A stretch of DNA of 64,000 bases from Bdellovibrionales bacterium CG10_big_fil_rev_8_21_14_0_10_45_34 (GCA_002778785.1 PEZS01000010.1:184671-248670); one strand, 5' to 3'; positions 28,699 through 39,200 are shown, counted from the stretch's first letter. Notes: a model not told the origin generated them from the letters alone. Made by a program: numbers and translations.

Positions 28699-29395
28699 AG
28701 AGACTGTTGAATCCTATCAACCCACTCTGGGTGCCTTGTTAGAGGCGAGGAACGTATCAAAAGTTTATACGAGCACGGACGTCGCAGTGCCTGTTTTGAA
28801 AGACGTCGATTTCGCGCTCCAGATCAACGAAGCCGTTTGTATAATGGGAAGATCTGGTGCAGGTAAGAGCACGCTGCTACACATACTAGGTACACTTGAT
28901 GCCCCAACCGAGGGCAAAGTGTACTATAAAGAAGAAGACATTACTAAATGGGATGACACTCAGTTAAGTCGGTTTAGGAATGTCAAAATGGGTTTTGTCT
29001 TTCAATTTCATCATTTGCTCAGCGAATTCACAGCACTCGAGAACGTGATGCTTCCTGGTCAGATCGCGGGTCTTTCTCTAGAGACTTGCGAGTCCAAAGC
29101 AAAGTCTCTTTTGTCAGAGTTAGGGCTTTCTCATCGCTTGAGTCACTGGCCGGCACATCTCAGTGGCGGAGAGCAACAAAGGGTTGCCATTGCGCGAGCA
29201 CTTATTTGTGAGCCAGAAGTCCTATTTGCCGACGAGCCGACGGGGAATCTTGACTCAAAGAATGCGCTGGCCCTTCAAGAGCTCCTTTTTGAGTTATTAG
29301 AAGATAAGGGCTTTAGCCTCCTCACCGTGACCCACGATCAGGCCTTTGCTAAGCGGTTTACGCGGGTACTCACGCTTCGGGACGGCAGGTTTTGA
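28691..29395 (+). CDS. lolD: Lipoprotein-release ABC transporter ATPase
   Basis: Track ORF of 234 aa with Walker [10 protein letters not shown], signature [15 protein letters not shown], and Walker B LFADEPTG. Confidence 0.9.
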   Translation: MSEETVESYQPTLGALLEARNVSKVYTSTDVAVPVLKDVDFALQINEAVCIMGRSGAGKSTLLHILGTLDAPTEGKVYYKEEDITKWDDTQLSRFRNVKMGFVFQFHHLLSEFTALENVMLPGQIAGLSLETCESKAKSLLSELGLSHRLSHWPAHLSGGEQQRVAIARALICEPEVLFADEPTGNLDSKNALALQELLFELLEDKGFSLLTVTHDQAFAKRFTRVLTLRDGRF

Positions 29396-29475
29396 CATGG
29401 GATGTGAATCCGTATACTCTCCCTCGTTGTTACGTAACCCACTAAAACCATTGGATTTTTGGAGATTCTAAAATC

Positions 29476-31851
29476 GTGTTGATACCACCGATAAGCATTA
29501 GGCAACAATGGCCAAGTGGGGAGTGCGATTCCACTCAATCCTTACAAGCGTCGCTTTTCTCTTTCGTAAACCCCCTATTTTGCACCCCCTTTCTTATTTG
29601 TTTGCTGCTGTTTGCTGGAGTTACGAGCGGTGAATCCGCTTTAGGTGCCGGAAAGATTTCAAAGATTGAAATAGAAGGTCAACGAAAGATAGACGTCGAG
29701 GCAATAAGGGCCAAGATTCAAAGTGCACTCGGTGAAACCGTCGATCAAAAAAAAATCAGCGAAGATGTGAAACGGATATTTGCCTTAGGATATTTCAAGA
29801 ACATTCAGGTCTCCAAAGTGAATCGAGCTGACGGCGATCTTGAACTGAAGTTTAAAGTGTTCGAGAAACCCTCGATGTCCGAGATTAAATTTCTTGGCAA
29901 TAGCGATCAAAAAGAAGAAGATCTACTCGATGCTTCGGGCGTCAAACCCTACGAAATTCTTGACTACCAGAAGCTCAACACCGCCGTAGAAAAGCTTTCA
30001 AAGTTCTACGAAGAAAAGGGCTATTTTTTAGCTCGAATCAGCTATGAAGTTCAAGAGACTGAATCTGCCGACGCGGTAAAAGTAAACTTTATTGTGAGCG
30101 AAAATGAAAAGGTTAAAGTAAAGAGGATTACTTTAGTAGGAAACTACAGAATCTCAGATACAGAAATTAAAACAAAACTTTTTACACGAGAAGATGGTTT
30201 CTTTTCATTTCTATCGGGTTCCGGTTCTTACCGGCAGGACGCTTTTGAGAGAGATGTTCAGATTGTTAGTATGGTTTATTTCAACAAAGGCTTTGTGCAG
30301 GCAAAGGTTGATCGCCCTCAAGTCTATATAACGCCAGACAAAAAATCGATTTATATTACAATTAGAGTTGAAGAAGGCGAACAGTTTGGGGTTGGTGAAG
30401 TGAACTTCTCTGGAGACCTTCTCTTTACCTCGAGTGAACTTGAAGAGTCTGTGAATCTAGACGGCAGAGACATTTTTAGCTCAGAGGTGCTCCGTTCTGA
30501 CATTGAGTCGCTTCAAGCAAAGTATGGTGATCTTGGTTACGCGTTTGCCAATATCATTCCTCAAACAAGAGTCCGAGAGCAGGAGCGCCTAGTCGATATT
30601 ACCTTTGAAATTGATAAGGGTGAAAAAGTCTATCTTGGTAGAATTCAAACGAAGGGCAATACAAAAACACGAGATAAAGTGGTTCGCCGTGAGCTGAGGA
30701 TCGCTGAGGGGGAGCTTTACAATGAAACCCGAAAGCGTAAATCCGAGGGCAATGTAAAACGGCTTGGATATTTTGACGATGTTGCATTTACGAGCAAAAC
30801 CTTCCCGGATGATCCAAGTCGTATGGATTTGGACATCGTGGTAAAGGAGCGTAATACCGGACAGATTATTGTTGGCGCCGGTTATAGTTCATTCCAGGGG
30901 GCCGTGTTTCAGGGGCAGATTCAGCAGCAGAACTTTTTAGGCCGGGGCCAATCGATCGGTCTGAATTTTCAAGTTAGTAAGGTTAATAGCATCTTCAATG
31001 TTAGTTTTACCGAACCCTATGTCTACGACACTCTTTGGTCCTTTGGCGCTAATGCCTATCGAACAGAAAATAGGTACAATGAATTCACGGATACCAGGCT
31101 TGGAGCCTCGGTCACCGTTGGCCACCCACTTGCAGAAGATCTCATCGCATCCTTGCGATACAGAAACGATTATGCCCAGATAGATCTCGCAAAGGCTGAT
31201 CTTCAAGAGATTTATCCCGTAGAAACAACCAATGGTCGCACAAGTTCGGTGACGGCCATTATCGATTATGACAAACGAAACGACCGAATGTTCCCGTCTG
31301 ATGGTTACTACCTAAGTGCATCGCATGAGTACGCCGGTCTAGGCGGCGAAATTTACTTCAATAAATCGCTGGCAACGGCTCGTTATTATCGACCACTGAT
31401 CTGGGATTTGGTACTCAGGACCAACTTCACCTACGGAAGCATTTCTCCGGCGGGCAATAGAGCTCCCCCTTTCAATGAACTCTTTAGATTGGGTAGTGAT
31501 CGCACTCTTCGCGGGTTTAATTGGTTTTCGATTGGCCGCAAAAAAGTCATCACCAATCCAGCAAGTGACAGTCGAGGTTTAGAGTTTGTATTTGGTGGTC
31601 GGCAGCAGGCTTACTATAACCTCGAGCTTGAGTTCCCGGTAATTAGCGAGGCCGGTATTAAAGGGGTGTTGTTTTACGACTCTGGATATGCGGACGATGA
31701 GATTACTTTTGAAGACTTTAGAAGTAACTACGGTATGGGCTTTAGATGGTTCTCTCCGCTGGGACCACTGCGGTTTGAATGGGGTATTCCCATCAATCCT
31801 CAAAGAAATGAAGGCACCAACTTTATCTTCTCGATAGGCGCACCTTTTTAG
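29476..31851 (+). CDS. bamA: Outer membrane protein assembly factor BamA
   Basis: Track ORF of 791 aa with POTRA repeats and a C-terminal barrel ending ...FIFSIGAPF. The N-terminal start is ambiguous (see noticed_but_rejected). Confidence 0.9.
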   Translation: MLIPPISIRQQWPSGECDSTQSLQASLFSFVNPLFCTPFLICLLLFAGVTSGESALGAGKISKIEIEGQRKIDVEAIRAKIQSALGETVDQKKISEDVKRIFALGYFKNIQVSKVNRADGDLELKFKVFEKPSMSEIKFLGNSDQKEEDLLDASGVKPYEILDYQKLNTAVEKLSKFYEEKGYFLARISYEVQETESADAVKVNFIVSENEKVKVKRITLVGNYRISDTEIKTKLFTREDGFFSFLSGSGSYRQDAFERDVQIVSMVYFNKGFVQAKVDRPQVYITPDKKSIYITIRVEEGEQFGVGEVNFSGDLLFTSSELEESVNLDGRDIFSSEVLRSDIESLQAKYGDLGYAFANIIPQTRVREQERLVDITFEIDKGEKVYLGRIQTKGNTKTRDKVVRRELRIAEGELYNETRKRKSEGNVKRLGYFDDVAFTSKTFPDDPSRMDLDIVVKERNTGQIIVGAGYSSFQGAVFQGQIQQQNFLGRGQSIGLNFQVSKVNSIFNVSFTEPYVYDTLWSFGANAYRTENRYNEFTDTRLGASVTVGHPLAEDLIASLRYRNDYAQIDLAKADLQEIYPVETTNGRTSSVTAIIDYDKRNDRMFPSDGYYLSASHEYAGLGGEIYFNKSLATARYYRPLIWDLVLRTNFTYGSISPAGNRAPPFNELFRLGSDRTLRGFNWFSIGRKKVITNPASDSRGLEFVFGGRQQAYYNLELEFPVISEAGIKGVLFYDSGYADDEITFEDFRSNYGMGFRWFSPLGPLRFEWGIPINPQRNEGTNFIFSIGAPF

Positions 31852-32043
31852 CTCTTACTCGATCCGCGAGAAGTCTTAGCGAAGGACAATGGTCTAATTT
31901 AGGGGGCGATGACGAAACGCCAGGTTTTGTCAGCTTCATGACGCGTATCAAATGCAAACAGCTCTAAGCTTGGGCGAGAAATTGCTGGCCACATTTGCTC
32001 GGATATCGTATCCATTGGGTTCTTATTTGAAAAAAGAGAGGTT

Positions 32044-32595
32044 GTGTTTATGAGATTTAATAAAGGTTTGCCCGCTGTAACACTGTTAACAATTGCGATG
32101 TCACTTTTGACAGTAGGCTTTTCTTCTGCCGCAACTACAGCTGCAGCTGACGCTAAAATTGGATATGTAGACTTGCAAAAGGCGATTCAGTCAACAAAGG
32201 CCGGCAAAGTTGCACGAACTAGCCTTGAAAAGGAATACGAATCCAAAAAGAAAAAACTTCAAGAGCGAGAAAAAGAAATTACAAAATTACGTGATGATCT
32301 CGAAAAGAATGCAATGCTATTGAAGGACGATGCAAGAATAGAAAAACAAAAGAATCTTCAGCAAAAAATGCTCGACTATCAAAAACTCGTTCAACAGAGC
32401 CAGCAGGACATGTCTGAACAAGAAAAAAATCTCACACAACCTATTCTTGAGAAGCTAAGAAAAGTTATGGATGGCATGGCTAAAGAGGGCGATTACACTT
32501 TAATACTCGAGAAGTCAGAGCAGAGTGTACTTTGGGCCAAGAAAGACATTGATTTAACTGACGAGCTTATCAAAAAGTTCGAGAAAGAGAAGTAA
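32044..32595 (+). CDS. skp: OmpH/Skp periplasmic chaperone
   Basis: Track ORF of 183 aa with a signal peptide and a lysine/glutamate-rich coiled coil. It sits between bamA and fabZ. Confidence 0.75.
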   Translation: MFMRFNKGLPAVTLLTIAMSLLTVGFSSAATTAAADAKIGYVDLQKAIQSTKAGKVARTSLEKEYESKKKKLQEREKEITKLRDDLEKNAMLLKDDARIEKQKNLQQKMLDYQKLVQQSQQDMSEQEKNLTQPILEKLRKVMDGMAKEGDYTLILEKSEQSVLWAKKDIDLTDELIKKFEKEK

Positions 32596-33059
32596 TGAAG
32601 GAGTTTGTGATGGATATCTGCGGGATTCAAGAAATCTTGCCACATAGGTATCCATTTCTCTTGGTTGATCGAGTTTTGAAACGAGAGAAAAAGAATCCAA
32701 ATGAAAATCACGTTGGTGACCGGATTGTTACATTAAAGAATGTGACTTTGAATGAGCCTTTCTTTGTAGGTCACTTTCCTCATTTGCCGGTAATGCCTGG
32801 AGTTTTACAGATTGAAGCTTTGGCCCAATCTTGCGGGTTGCTTGCTCATATCCCCCACCCAGAGGGAAAGAAGTGGGATGTATTTATTCTGGGCGTCGAC
32901 AATGCTAAGTTTCGTAAACAAGTAACGCCCGGAGATACTCTCATTATGAAGGCGGAGATCATTAAAGCACGCACGGCCCTTTATGTCTTTAGTTGTTCAG
33001 CAGAGGTAGAAGGCGAAACAGTCTCACAGGCGGAGTTAATGGCAAAAATGTTTGCCTGA
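32595..33059 (+). CDS. fabZ: 3-hydroxyacyl-ACP dehydratase FabZ
   Basis: Track ORF of 154 aa with the motifs LPHRYPFLLVDRV and FFVGHFPHLPVMPGVLQIEALAQ. Confidence 0.95.
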   Translation: MKEFVMDICGIQEILPHRYPFLLVDRVLKREKKNPNENHVGDRIVTLKNVTLNEPFFVGHFPHLPVMPGVLQIEALAQSCGLLAHIPHPEGKKWDVFILGVDNAKFRKQVTPGDTLIMKAEIIKARTALYVFSCSAEVEGETVSQAELMAKMFA

Positions 33060-33862
33060 TGGAGTGTGATTTGAGCGAAGTGAGTATTCATCCATCGAGT
33101 GTTATCTCCTCAGAAGCCATCATCGAAAAAGGCGTCTCCATCGGTCCGTTTTGTACCCTGAGGGGCCGAGTGCGTATTGGCGCGAACACGCATCTACATA
33201 GCAATGTGAGTATTGGCATAGAGTCAGGAATCGTGGAAATTGGTGAAGGTAATCAGATCTACCCAGGTTGCGTGCTGGGCGGTGCACCTCAGGACAAGAA
33301 GTACAAAGGCGAACCCACACGCCTTCATATTGGAAACAACAATCATATTCGCGAACATGTGACAATTTCTTTAGCCACTGCGACTGCAAAAGGTACTACC
33401 AAAATTGGGAACAACAACATGGTTATGGCCTATTGCCACTTTGGTCACGATTGCGAGATTGGCGATGACAACGTTTTTGCGAATGCGAGTCAGCTTGCTG
33501 GGCACGTGCAAATTGGGAATCAGGTAAACGTCGGTGGAGTTTGTGCATTCAATCAGTTTGTTAGAGTTGGCGACTATGCTTTCTTAGGTGGGTACAGTTC
33601 TGTCAATAAGGACATACTTCCTTACGCCATAGCTCAAGGAAACTACGCTGTTATGCGGGCGACGAACAAGATTGGTATGGAGCGCGGCGGGATGAATGCA
33701 GCCGATATCGATGGATTGCATAAAGCTATAAGAATTATTATCAAAGGTTCTTCCACGTTGAGCGAGGGCCTTCAGCGAATACACGATGAGTGCACTCCGA
33801 GTCCTGCCATTGAGTACTTGATTCGTTTTATCAAAGAGTCAAAAAGAGGACTTGCTATTTAG
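33059..33862 (+). CDS. lpxA: UDP-N-acetylglucosamine acyltransferase LpxA
   Basis: The track ORF is 32993..33862. The ATG at 33059 overlaps the fabZ stop (ATGA). It has hexapeptide repeats and the C-terminal LpxA domain. Confidence 0.9.
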   Translation: MECDLSEVSIHPSSVISSEAIIEKGVSIGPFCTLRGRVRIGANTHLHSNVSIGIESGIVEIGEGNQIYPGCVLGGAPQDKKYKGEPTRLHIGNNNHIREHVTISLATATAKGTTKIGNNNMVMAYCHFGHDCEIGDDNVFANASQLAGHVQIGNQVNVGGVCAFNQFVRVGDYAFLGGYSSVNKDILPYAIAQGNYAVMRATNKIGMERGGMNAADIDGLHKAIRIIIKGSSTLSEGLQRIHDECTPSPAIEYLIRFIKESKRGLAI

Positions 33863-33881
33863 ATACTAGCGAGGTGTTACG

Positions 33882-34814
33882 ATGTTAACGGGCGAACCGC
33901 GGCGACTCCCACGAGTTGGCATAGTTGGGGTCGGATACTTGGGGCGATTTCATGCCCTTAAACATATGAAGCTTGGAACGCTCGCGTGTGTTTACGATGC
34001 AAATAGAGAACAGGCTAACAAGGTTGCCGAAGAAACAGGTGTATCGGTTTCAGCGAGCCTGGAGCATTTATTGAGCAACGTTGATGCGGTCGTTTGTGCG
34101 TCGACAACAACCACTCACTTCGATGTCGCCAAACAGGCTTTAGAAAGAAAACTTCCGTTGTTCATTGAAAAACCAATGACTTCTGATGTGACAACGGCCA
34201 GGCAGCTAGAGGAATTTTCTAGGTCTGCAGGCCTTTTGGTTCAAGTGGGTCATATTGAGAGGTTTAATCCTGCCTATCAATGGATCAAAGAAAACTGCAG
34301 AGAATGTTCATTGCTTCGTTTTAAGCGCTGGGCCCCATTTCGCGAAAGAGGGGCAGATGTCAATGTCGTCCGAGATGTTATGATCCATGACATTGATTTG
34401 GCGCTGGATTTTTTTGGCGAAGAACCAACTCGAATCGTGGCCACTGGAGCGAAAGGCCCTTCAGGGGATTGGGATCTTGTAGAGGCAGAGTTCTTTTTTT
34501 CAAAAAATGCGCGGGTAATGATTTCTGCAAACCGCATGGCTGCAAAGATAGAAAGATCGGTCGAAGCCTATCAGGGTGGCAGGTGGTGGCATGTAGATTT
34601 GGGATCGTTAAGTGTAAGTCGATTTGAAAAAATTGGGGCGGAAGTAAAGACAACTGAGATGTTGCTTGAAAAGCGAGACGCACTTGAAGCAGAAGCTGCC
34701 GACTTTGTTGAATCAGTCGTAAGTAGGAGAACTCCATCTGTCACCGCCAGGGACGGGCTTAATGCTCTGATTTATGCTTCTAAAATTGAAAGTGCTTTAG
34801 CCGGCGCAGACTGA
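33882..34814 (+). CDS. Gfo/Idh/MocA oxidoreductase, GnnA-like (putative UDP-GlcNAc 3-dehydrogenase)
   Basis: Track ORF of 310 aa with the Rossmann motif VGIVGVGYLGRFH, the EKP motif (LFIEKPM) and GHIERFNP. It sits between lpxA and lpxB. Confidence 0.55.
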   Translation: MLTGEPRRLPRVGIVGVGYLGRFHALKHMKLGTLACVYDANREQANKVAEETGVSVSASLEHLLSNVDAVVCASTTTTHFDVAKQALERKLPLFIEKPMTSDVTTARQLEEFSRSAGLLVQVGHIERFNPAYQWIKENCRECSLLRFKRWAPFRERGADVNVVRDVMIHDIDLALDFFGEEPTRIVATGAKGPSGDWDLVEAEFFFSKNARVMISANRMAAKIERSVEAYQGGRWWHVDLGSLSVSRFEKIGAEVKTTEMLLEKRDALEAEAADFVESVVSRRTPSVTARDGLNALIYASKIESALAGAD

Positions 34815-34821
34815 GGAGTTT

Positions 34822-36009
34822 ATGCCGGAGGCGGTTACACCAAGAATTACCGAAAAGTACTTAGTCATTGCGGCCGAGGCCTCAAGCGCCAAGTACGCTG
34901 AAATGTTGATAGAAGAATTGCGCACTACAAGTAGCGAAGCCGCAACTAAGAAGGAGTTTTTTGGTATCGGCTCTGCTGAAATGCAAAAGCTGGGATTTAG
35001 GGCCATTGCAAAGAGTGAAGATATGGCTCTTGTCGGCTTAAAAGAAGTCGTCAAGCATTTGCCCTACATCCGGCAAGTGTTTAAGTCTATTGTGAATGAG
35101 TGCAAAGTCGATAGGCCAAAGGTGGCCATTCTCTTAGACTATCCAGATTTTAACTTTAGATTGGCTAAAGAACTCACAAAGTTGAAGATACCTGTTATCT
35201 ATTACATTTCTCCTCAGATATGGGCATGGCGCAAATCACGTGTTGAGCTCGTCAAAAAGTATGTTACCCAGCTGGCTGTTATCTTTCCGTTTGAGGTTGA
35301 TTTCTATAAAAAGCAAGGCGTTAGCGTGCATTTTGTAGGCCATCCAATCTTAGAAGCTTTGCCCTCAGCAAATGAGCGACAGATCCTTCATGATGAACGA
35401 AGTCGGTATGGGGTTCTACCATCAGATAATGTGTTGGCTCTTATGCCAGGAAGTCGCGGTAGTGAAATTCAAAACCACTTAGATGTTCAACTCAAAGTGG
35501 CGTCTCGTCTGCAAGCAGAGTTTTCGAATCTTAAAGTCATGCTTTTTGTGGCTCCAACTCAAAATGTCACTACCTTGAAGGCAAAAATCCAAACATCGAC
35601 GAACATCATCATCGTTCAGCGAGATCCGTTTGAGATGATACCAATGGCCGACGTTGTGTTATGTGCATCCGGTACGGCCACCCTCATGGTGGGGCTATGT
35701 CAAAAACCAATGGTTATAATGTACAAGGTTTCACGAATGACAGCCTTTGTAGTGAGACGACTTTTTGATTTCCCGAAGTTTTTTGGACTTCCAAATCTCA
35801 TACTTGATAGATTAGTTAGTCCTGAGTTGTTTCAAGAACAAGCAAATGAGTCTGTTATTTACGACAAGCTTAAGGGACTACTAAATAATCCGTCAGAGCG
35901 AGAAGAGCAGCGAGTAGAACTCGCAAAACTTGAAAACCTCTTAGGATCTAAGGGTGCCACCAGACGCGTAGCTAGCCTGGTAGCGACGGCCGGTGGAGAT
36001 CAAGTGTGA
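34822..36009 (+). CDS. lpxB: Lipid-A-disaccharide synthase
   Basis: Track ORF of 395 aa with the typical LpxB pattern ...DYPDFNFRLAKELTKLKIPVIYYISPQIWAWRKSR... Confidence 0.9.
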   Translation: MPEAVTPRITEKYLVIAAEASSAKYAEMLIEELRTTSSEAATKKEFFGIGSAEMQKLGFRAIAKSEDMALVGLKEVVKHLPYIRQVFKSIVNECKVDRPKVAILLDYPDFNFRLAKELTKLKIPVIYYISPQIWAWRKSRVELVKKYVTQLAVIFPFEVDFYKKQGVSVHFVGHPILEALPSANERQILHDERSRYGVLPSDNVLALMPGSRGSEIQNHLDVQLKVASRLQAEFSNLKVMLFVAPTQNVTTLKAKIQTSTNIIIVQRDPFEMIPMADVVLCASGTATLMVGLCQKPMVIMYKVSRMTAFVVRRLFDFPKFFGLPNLILDRLVSPELFQEQANESVIYDKLKGLLNNPSEREEQRVELAKLENLLGSKGATRRVASLVATAGGDQV

Positions 36010-37067
36010 GCAAGGCTCTCAGTGGTCGACACTTGGCTGAATTCTTGACTGTCGTTATTGGGTGGCCTTTGTATCTTCTTACCTACTCATTAGTTGCCGC
36101 AAGAAACCTTCTTTATAATAAAAATAAATTAAAAACTGTGAGGGCGCCGGCGCCTGTCGTAAGTGTGGGTAATATCACCTTTGGGGGAACAGGTAAAACT
36201 CCGCTGATTGTGTGGCTGCTTGAGCGTTTGACAAAGAGAGGCCTACGCGTTGGCTATGTGAGTAGAGGCTATTCCAGAAGTGTTAAGCAAGACATATACC
36301 TGGCTCCGGGTGATCTGATCTCTCTTGAGCAAGTTGGCGATGAGGCACTTGAGATTCATAGTAGAGTACCAAGCGTGTATATGGCGATTGGTGATTCAAA
36401 ATCTGATATTGTGTCTGGCTGGTCAGCGGCAAAGAGCCTAGACCTCATTCTAGTGGATGACGGATTTCAACATCGACGACTTCAGCGCGATATCGATATT
36501 GTACTCTTGGATTTGTCGGTGCCTTGGTCTGACTACTGGTTGTTTCCGCTAGGGAGATCACGAGAACCAATAAGTTCCTTAAATAGGGCGAAATATGTAA
36601 TAGCAACAAAGGCGGAAACTGCTCATCCTGACACCGCCTATCAGTTGGAGAGTCGCGGTATCATAAATGAAAAGACTCCTAGGGCCGAGTATCAAGTCCT
36701 GTTTGCTGAAGAGCAAAGTTCGATCATGAACAAAAAAGTTTTGTTGGTTTCTGGTATAGGTAATCCTACGCAGTTCGAGCAATCGGTGAAAAACGCCCAG
36801 ATCAAAGTTGTGTATCATAAGATCTTCAAGGATCATTATCGATATGGTGTAGATTCTGGCAGTGAAATCAAGCGGCTCCTGCGGCTACATGGGGCTGATA
36901 TGGCTATCACGACAGAGAAAGACTGGGCGAAACTGAAGGATTTTTGCAGCGAGGATTTGCCAATTTCAGTTGCCAGAGTGCAATTAGCGTTTGTGCCCCC
37001 TAATTTTGCAGAGACTCTCATCAACGATGTTTGCAGTCTGATTGAACAAAATCCGGTATCCCGGTGA
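36006..37067 (+). CDS. lpxK: Tetraacyldisaccharide 4'-kinase
   Basis: Track ORF of 353 aa with P-loop VGNITFGGTGKTP and the DDGFQH motif. It overlaps lpxB by 4 nt. Confidence 0.85.
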   Translation: MSKALSGRHLAEFLTVVIGWPLYLLTYSLVAARNLLYNKNKLKTVRAPAPVVSVGNITFGGTGKTPLIVWLLERLTKRGLRVGYVSRGYSRSVKQDIYLAPGDLISLEQVGDEALEIHSRVPSVYMAIGDSKSDIVSGWSAAKSLDLILVDDGFQHRRLQRDIDIVLLDLSVPWSDYWLFPLGRSREPISSLNRAKYVIATKAETAHPDTAYQLESRGIINEKTPRAEYQVLFAEEQSSIMNKKVLLVSGIGNPTQFEQSVKNAQIKVVYHKIFKDHYRYGVDSGSEIKRLLRLHGADMAITTEKDWAKLKDFCSEDLPISVARVQLAFVPPNFAETLINDVCSLIEQNPVSR

Positions 37068-37080
37068 GAAGGATTGAACA

Positions 37081-37956
37081 TTGAACAGAATTCTAACTAA
37101 GTTTTTACTTGGGAGCGTGATTACCCTCGGTGCGTTGTTGATTTTGTTACCTCGAAAAGTGACTTTGCTTATCGGAAACTTTCTAGGTGTGCTTTGGTTC
37201 GATGTTTTGAGAATACGAAGAAATTTAGCCATCGATCATGTGCTCCTGGCGTTTCCAAAGTTAACTCGAGGAGAGGCCGTTAAGATCGCGAGGCGTTCGC
37301 TTTACAATGTTGGCAACACAATAGTTGAAATTGTCATGATGGCCGCGTTAAAAGAGCGTCATTTCGAAGATTTTTTTGAAATGGAAGATTTGTCAGTCCT
37401 CGGCAATCAACTTGCAAAAGGTAGAGGTGCTCTGGTTCTGACACTTCACCTCGGTAACGGCGATCTTGGTTGTGCCGCCCTTTCTTTGAGTAAGTTCCCC
37501 GTTTCGCTTATCTCAAAGCGGTTCAAATCAGAGGTACTCAATAAAATTTGGTTTCAAATTCGTAACAGGCTTGGGACGGAATTTTTACGAGAAGAAAAAA
37601 GTCAGTTCGAGATACTGAGGCATTTAAAAAGAAACCGCGCCGTTATTTTTGTTCTAGACCAGTTTATGGGGCCGCCAGTGGGAGTTGCCGTCAAATTTTT
37701 TGGTGTTCCCACCGGGACTGCCGCGGGTCTTGCGGTTTTTGCAAAGAAACTAGGGCAACCGGTTATACCAATGTACACTTACAGGAATGAGCAAACAGGA
37801 AAACTGCACATTGTAGCAGATGAGCCTATCGAAACTATTGCTACGGAAAGCATAGAATCATTGACCCAAAAGTATACCGATTGGACTGAGAAGGCCATAA
37901 GGAAGCATCCTGGACAATGGATGTGGATTCACCGAAGATGGAAGAGATTTGCGTGA
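37081..37956 (+). CDS. Lipid A biosynthesis late acyltransferase (LpxL/HtrB family)
   Basis: Track ORF of 291 aa with a TTG start, an N-terminal TM segment, the HLGNGDL (HX4D-like) motif, and the C-terminal HPGQWMWIHRRWK signature. Confidence 0.75.
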   Translation: MNRILTKFLLGSVITLGALLILLPRKVTLLIGNFLGVLWFDVLRIRRNLAIDHVLLAFPKLTRGEAVKIARRSLYNVGNTIVEIVMMAALKERHFEDFFEMEDLSVLGNQLAKGRGALVLTLHLGNGDLGCAALSLSKFPVSLISKRFKSEVLNKIWFQIRNRLGTEFLREEKSQFEILRHLKRNRAVIFVLDQFMGPPVGVAVKFFGVPTGTAAGLAVFAKKLGQPVIPMYTYRNEQTGKLHIVADEPIETIATESIESLTQKYTDWTEKAIRKHPGQWMWIHRRWKRFA

Positions 37957-37964
37957 AACAATAG

Positions 37965-39200
37965 TTGTCACGTAGGCATGGATATGGTGGCCTGAAGGTG
38001 ACCAGCGGAGCTACTAAATTGGGAGTTTTTTTGAAGAATTGGAACGGGCAAACAGCTGCTAATGTCTTCTTACAAACTGCCTATCTTTTGCTTCTTTCAG
38101 CGTGCGCAAAAGAGTTTCTGGTCTATGAGAACTCCCAAGAACTCACTCGCATCAATGAGTATGAAAAAAAGCTAGAAGTAAAAGAGATTGATCCACCATC
38201 TGTAGAGCCACCAAAGGGGCCAGAGGTTCGCCCATCGTCGGAAAACGCAAAAGAAGCTTCGGAGTCAAAGGCAGGCGCCAAGGACCAACGTACGAAGAAT
38301 TCATCTGCGACGGCGAAAGCACACGTAGATAAAAAGGCAGTAAAGGCAGAACAAGAGAAAAAGGTAACAAAAAAAGATAACTCCAAAAAAGAGCAACCTC
38401 GGCTACCCGAGATAGAGAGCTCGGAAGGTTTTGTTGGTCGTCGACCGATTGAAGATCCTTTTCGCGTCGGTGAGAAAGTGGTTCTCAAGCTTTCCTATTT
38501 TAATGTCGTCGCTGGAGATTTAGCTATAGAGGTGCTCCCTTTTGTTGAAGTGAACGGCAATAAATCGTATCGGTTTCGAATCAGTGTCAAATCTAATGAT
38601 TTGTTCTCTCTGGTTTACGCAGTCGATGACTATGCAGAAACCTACCTCGATTACGAGCAAATGCGGCCCTACAACTTTATGATCTCAGTAAAAGAAAGTA
38701 AGCAGCTTCGTGAAGTAAGAAGTCTTTTTGACTGGAAGAAGCAAACATCTCATTTTTGGGAAAAGCGAATCACAAAAGAAGATGGCGTTAAAACTGAGGA
38801 GATGGAATGGAAAGTTCCTGACTTTTCTCAAAACGTTATTAGTGCTGTTTTTTATATGAGGGCCTTTCAAATGAAACCAGGCAATAAGGTGCAGTTTCAT
38901 TTGGCTGATAAAGGTAAGAATATGTTAGCAAAGGCGGTCCTGGTGAGAAAAGAAGTGCTCAAAACCGATCTGGGAAATTTGCGCACTTTAGTTATGAAAC
39001 CAGAAGTAGAGATTGAAGGCGTGTTCCAACCCGTGGGCGACATTCTGTTTTGGCTAACTGACGATGATAGAAAGCTGCTAGTAAGAATTGAATCGGCGAT
39101 TCGAATCGGTACGATTTTAGGAAAAGTTTCTGAGATCAAACTCGGCGAAGGCGGCGGCGAGCTGCCTCTCGTTCCGGACGAAAAGAAGTTTTCATTCTAA
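37965..39200 (+). CDS. DUF3108-like lipoprotein with a Lys/Glu-rich linker
   Basis: Track ORF of 411 aa. The likely real start is the TTG at 38031, giving MKNWNGQTAANVFLQTAYLLLLSAC (lipobox). The C-terminal domain pattern LKLSYFNVVAGDLAIEV... is DUF3108-like. Confidence 0.5.
   Translation: MSRRHGYGGLKVTSGATKLGVFLKNWNGQTAANVFLQTAYLLLLSACAKEFLVYENSQELTRINEYEKKLEVKEIDPPSVEPPKGPEVRPSSENAKEASESKAGAKDQRTKNSSATAKAHVDKKAVKAEQEKKVTKKDNSKKEQPRLPEIESSEGFVGRRPIEDPFRVGEKVVLKLSYFNVVAGDLAIEVLPFVEVNGNKSYRFRISVKSNDLFSLVYAVDDYAETYLDYEQMRPYNFMISVKESKQLREVRSLFDWKKQTSHFWEKRITKEDGVKTEEMEWKVPDFSQNVISAVFYMRAFQMKPGNKVQFHLADKGKNMLAKAVLVRKEVLKTDLGNLRTLVMKPEVEIEGVFQPVGDILFWLTDDDRKLLVRIESAIRIGTILGKVSEIKLGEGGGELPLVPDEKKFSF

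Noticed and set aside
29476-29633. Possible frameshift at the bamA N-terminus. An ATG at 29508 in another frame encodes MAKWGVRFHSILTSVAFLF..., which has a good signal-peptide n-region. The bamA frame starts at a GTG with a long atypical leader, and two C5 runs lie between them.
   Set aside because: The in-frame GTG at 29476 has a GGAG 11 nt upstream, and the in-frame sequence already contains a hydrophobic core plus an AxA-like site (LLLFAGVTSGESALGA). I cannot distinguish an upstream small ORF from an indel without reads or orthologues.
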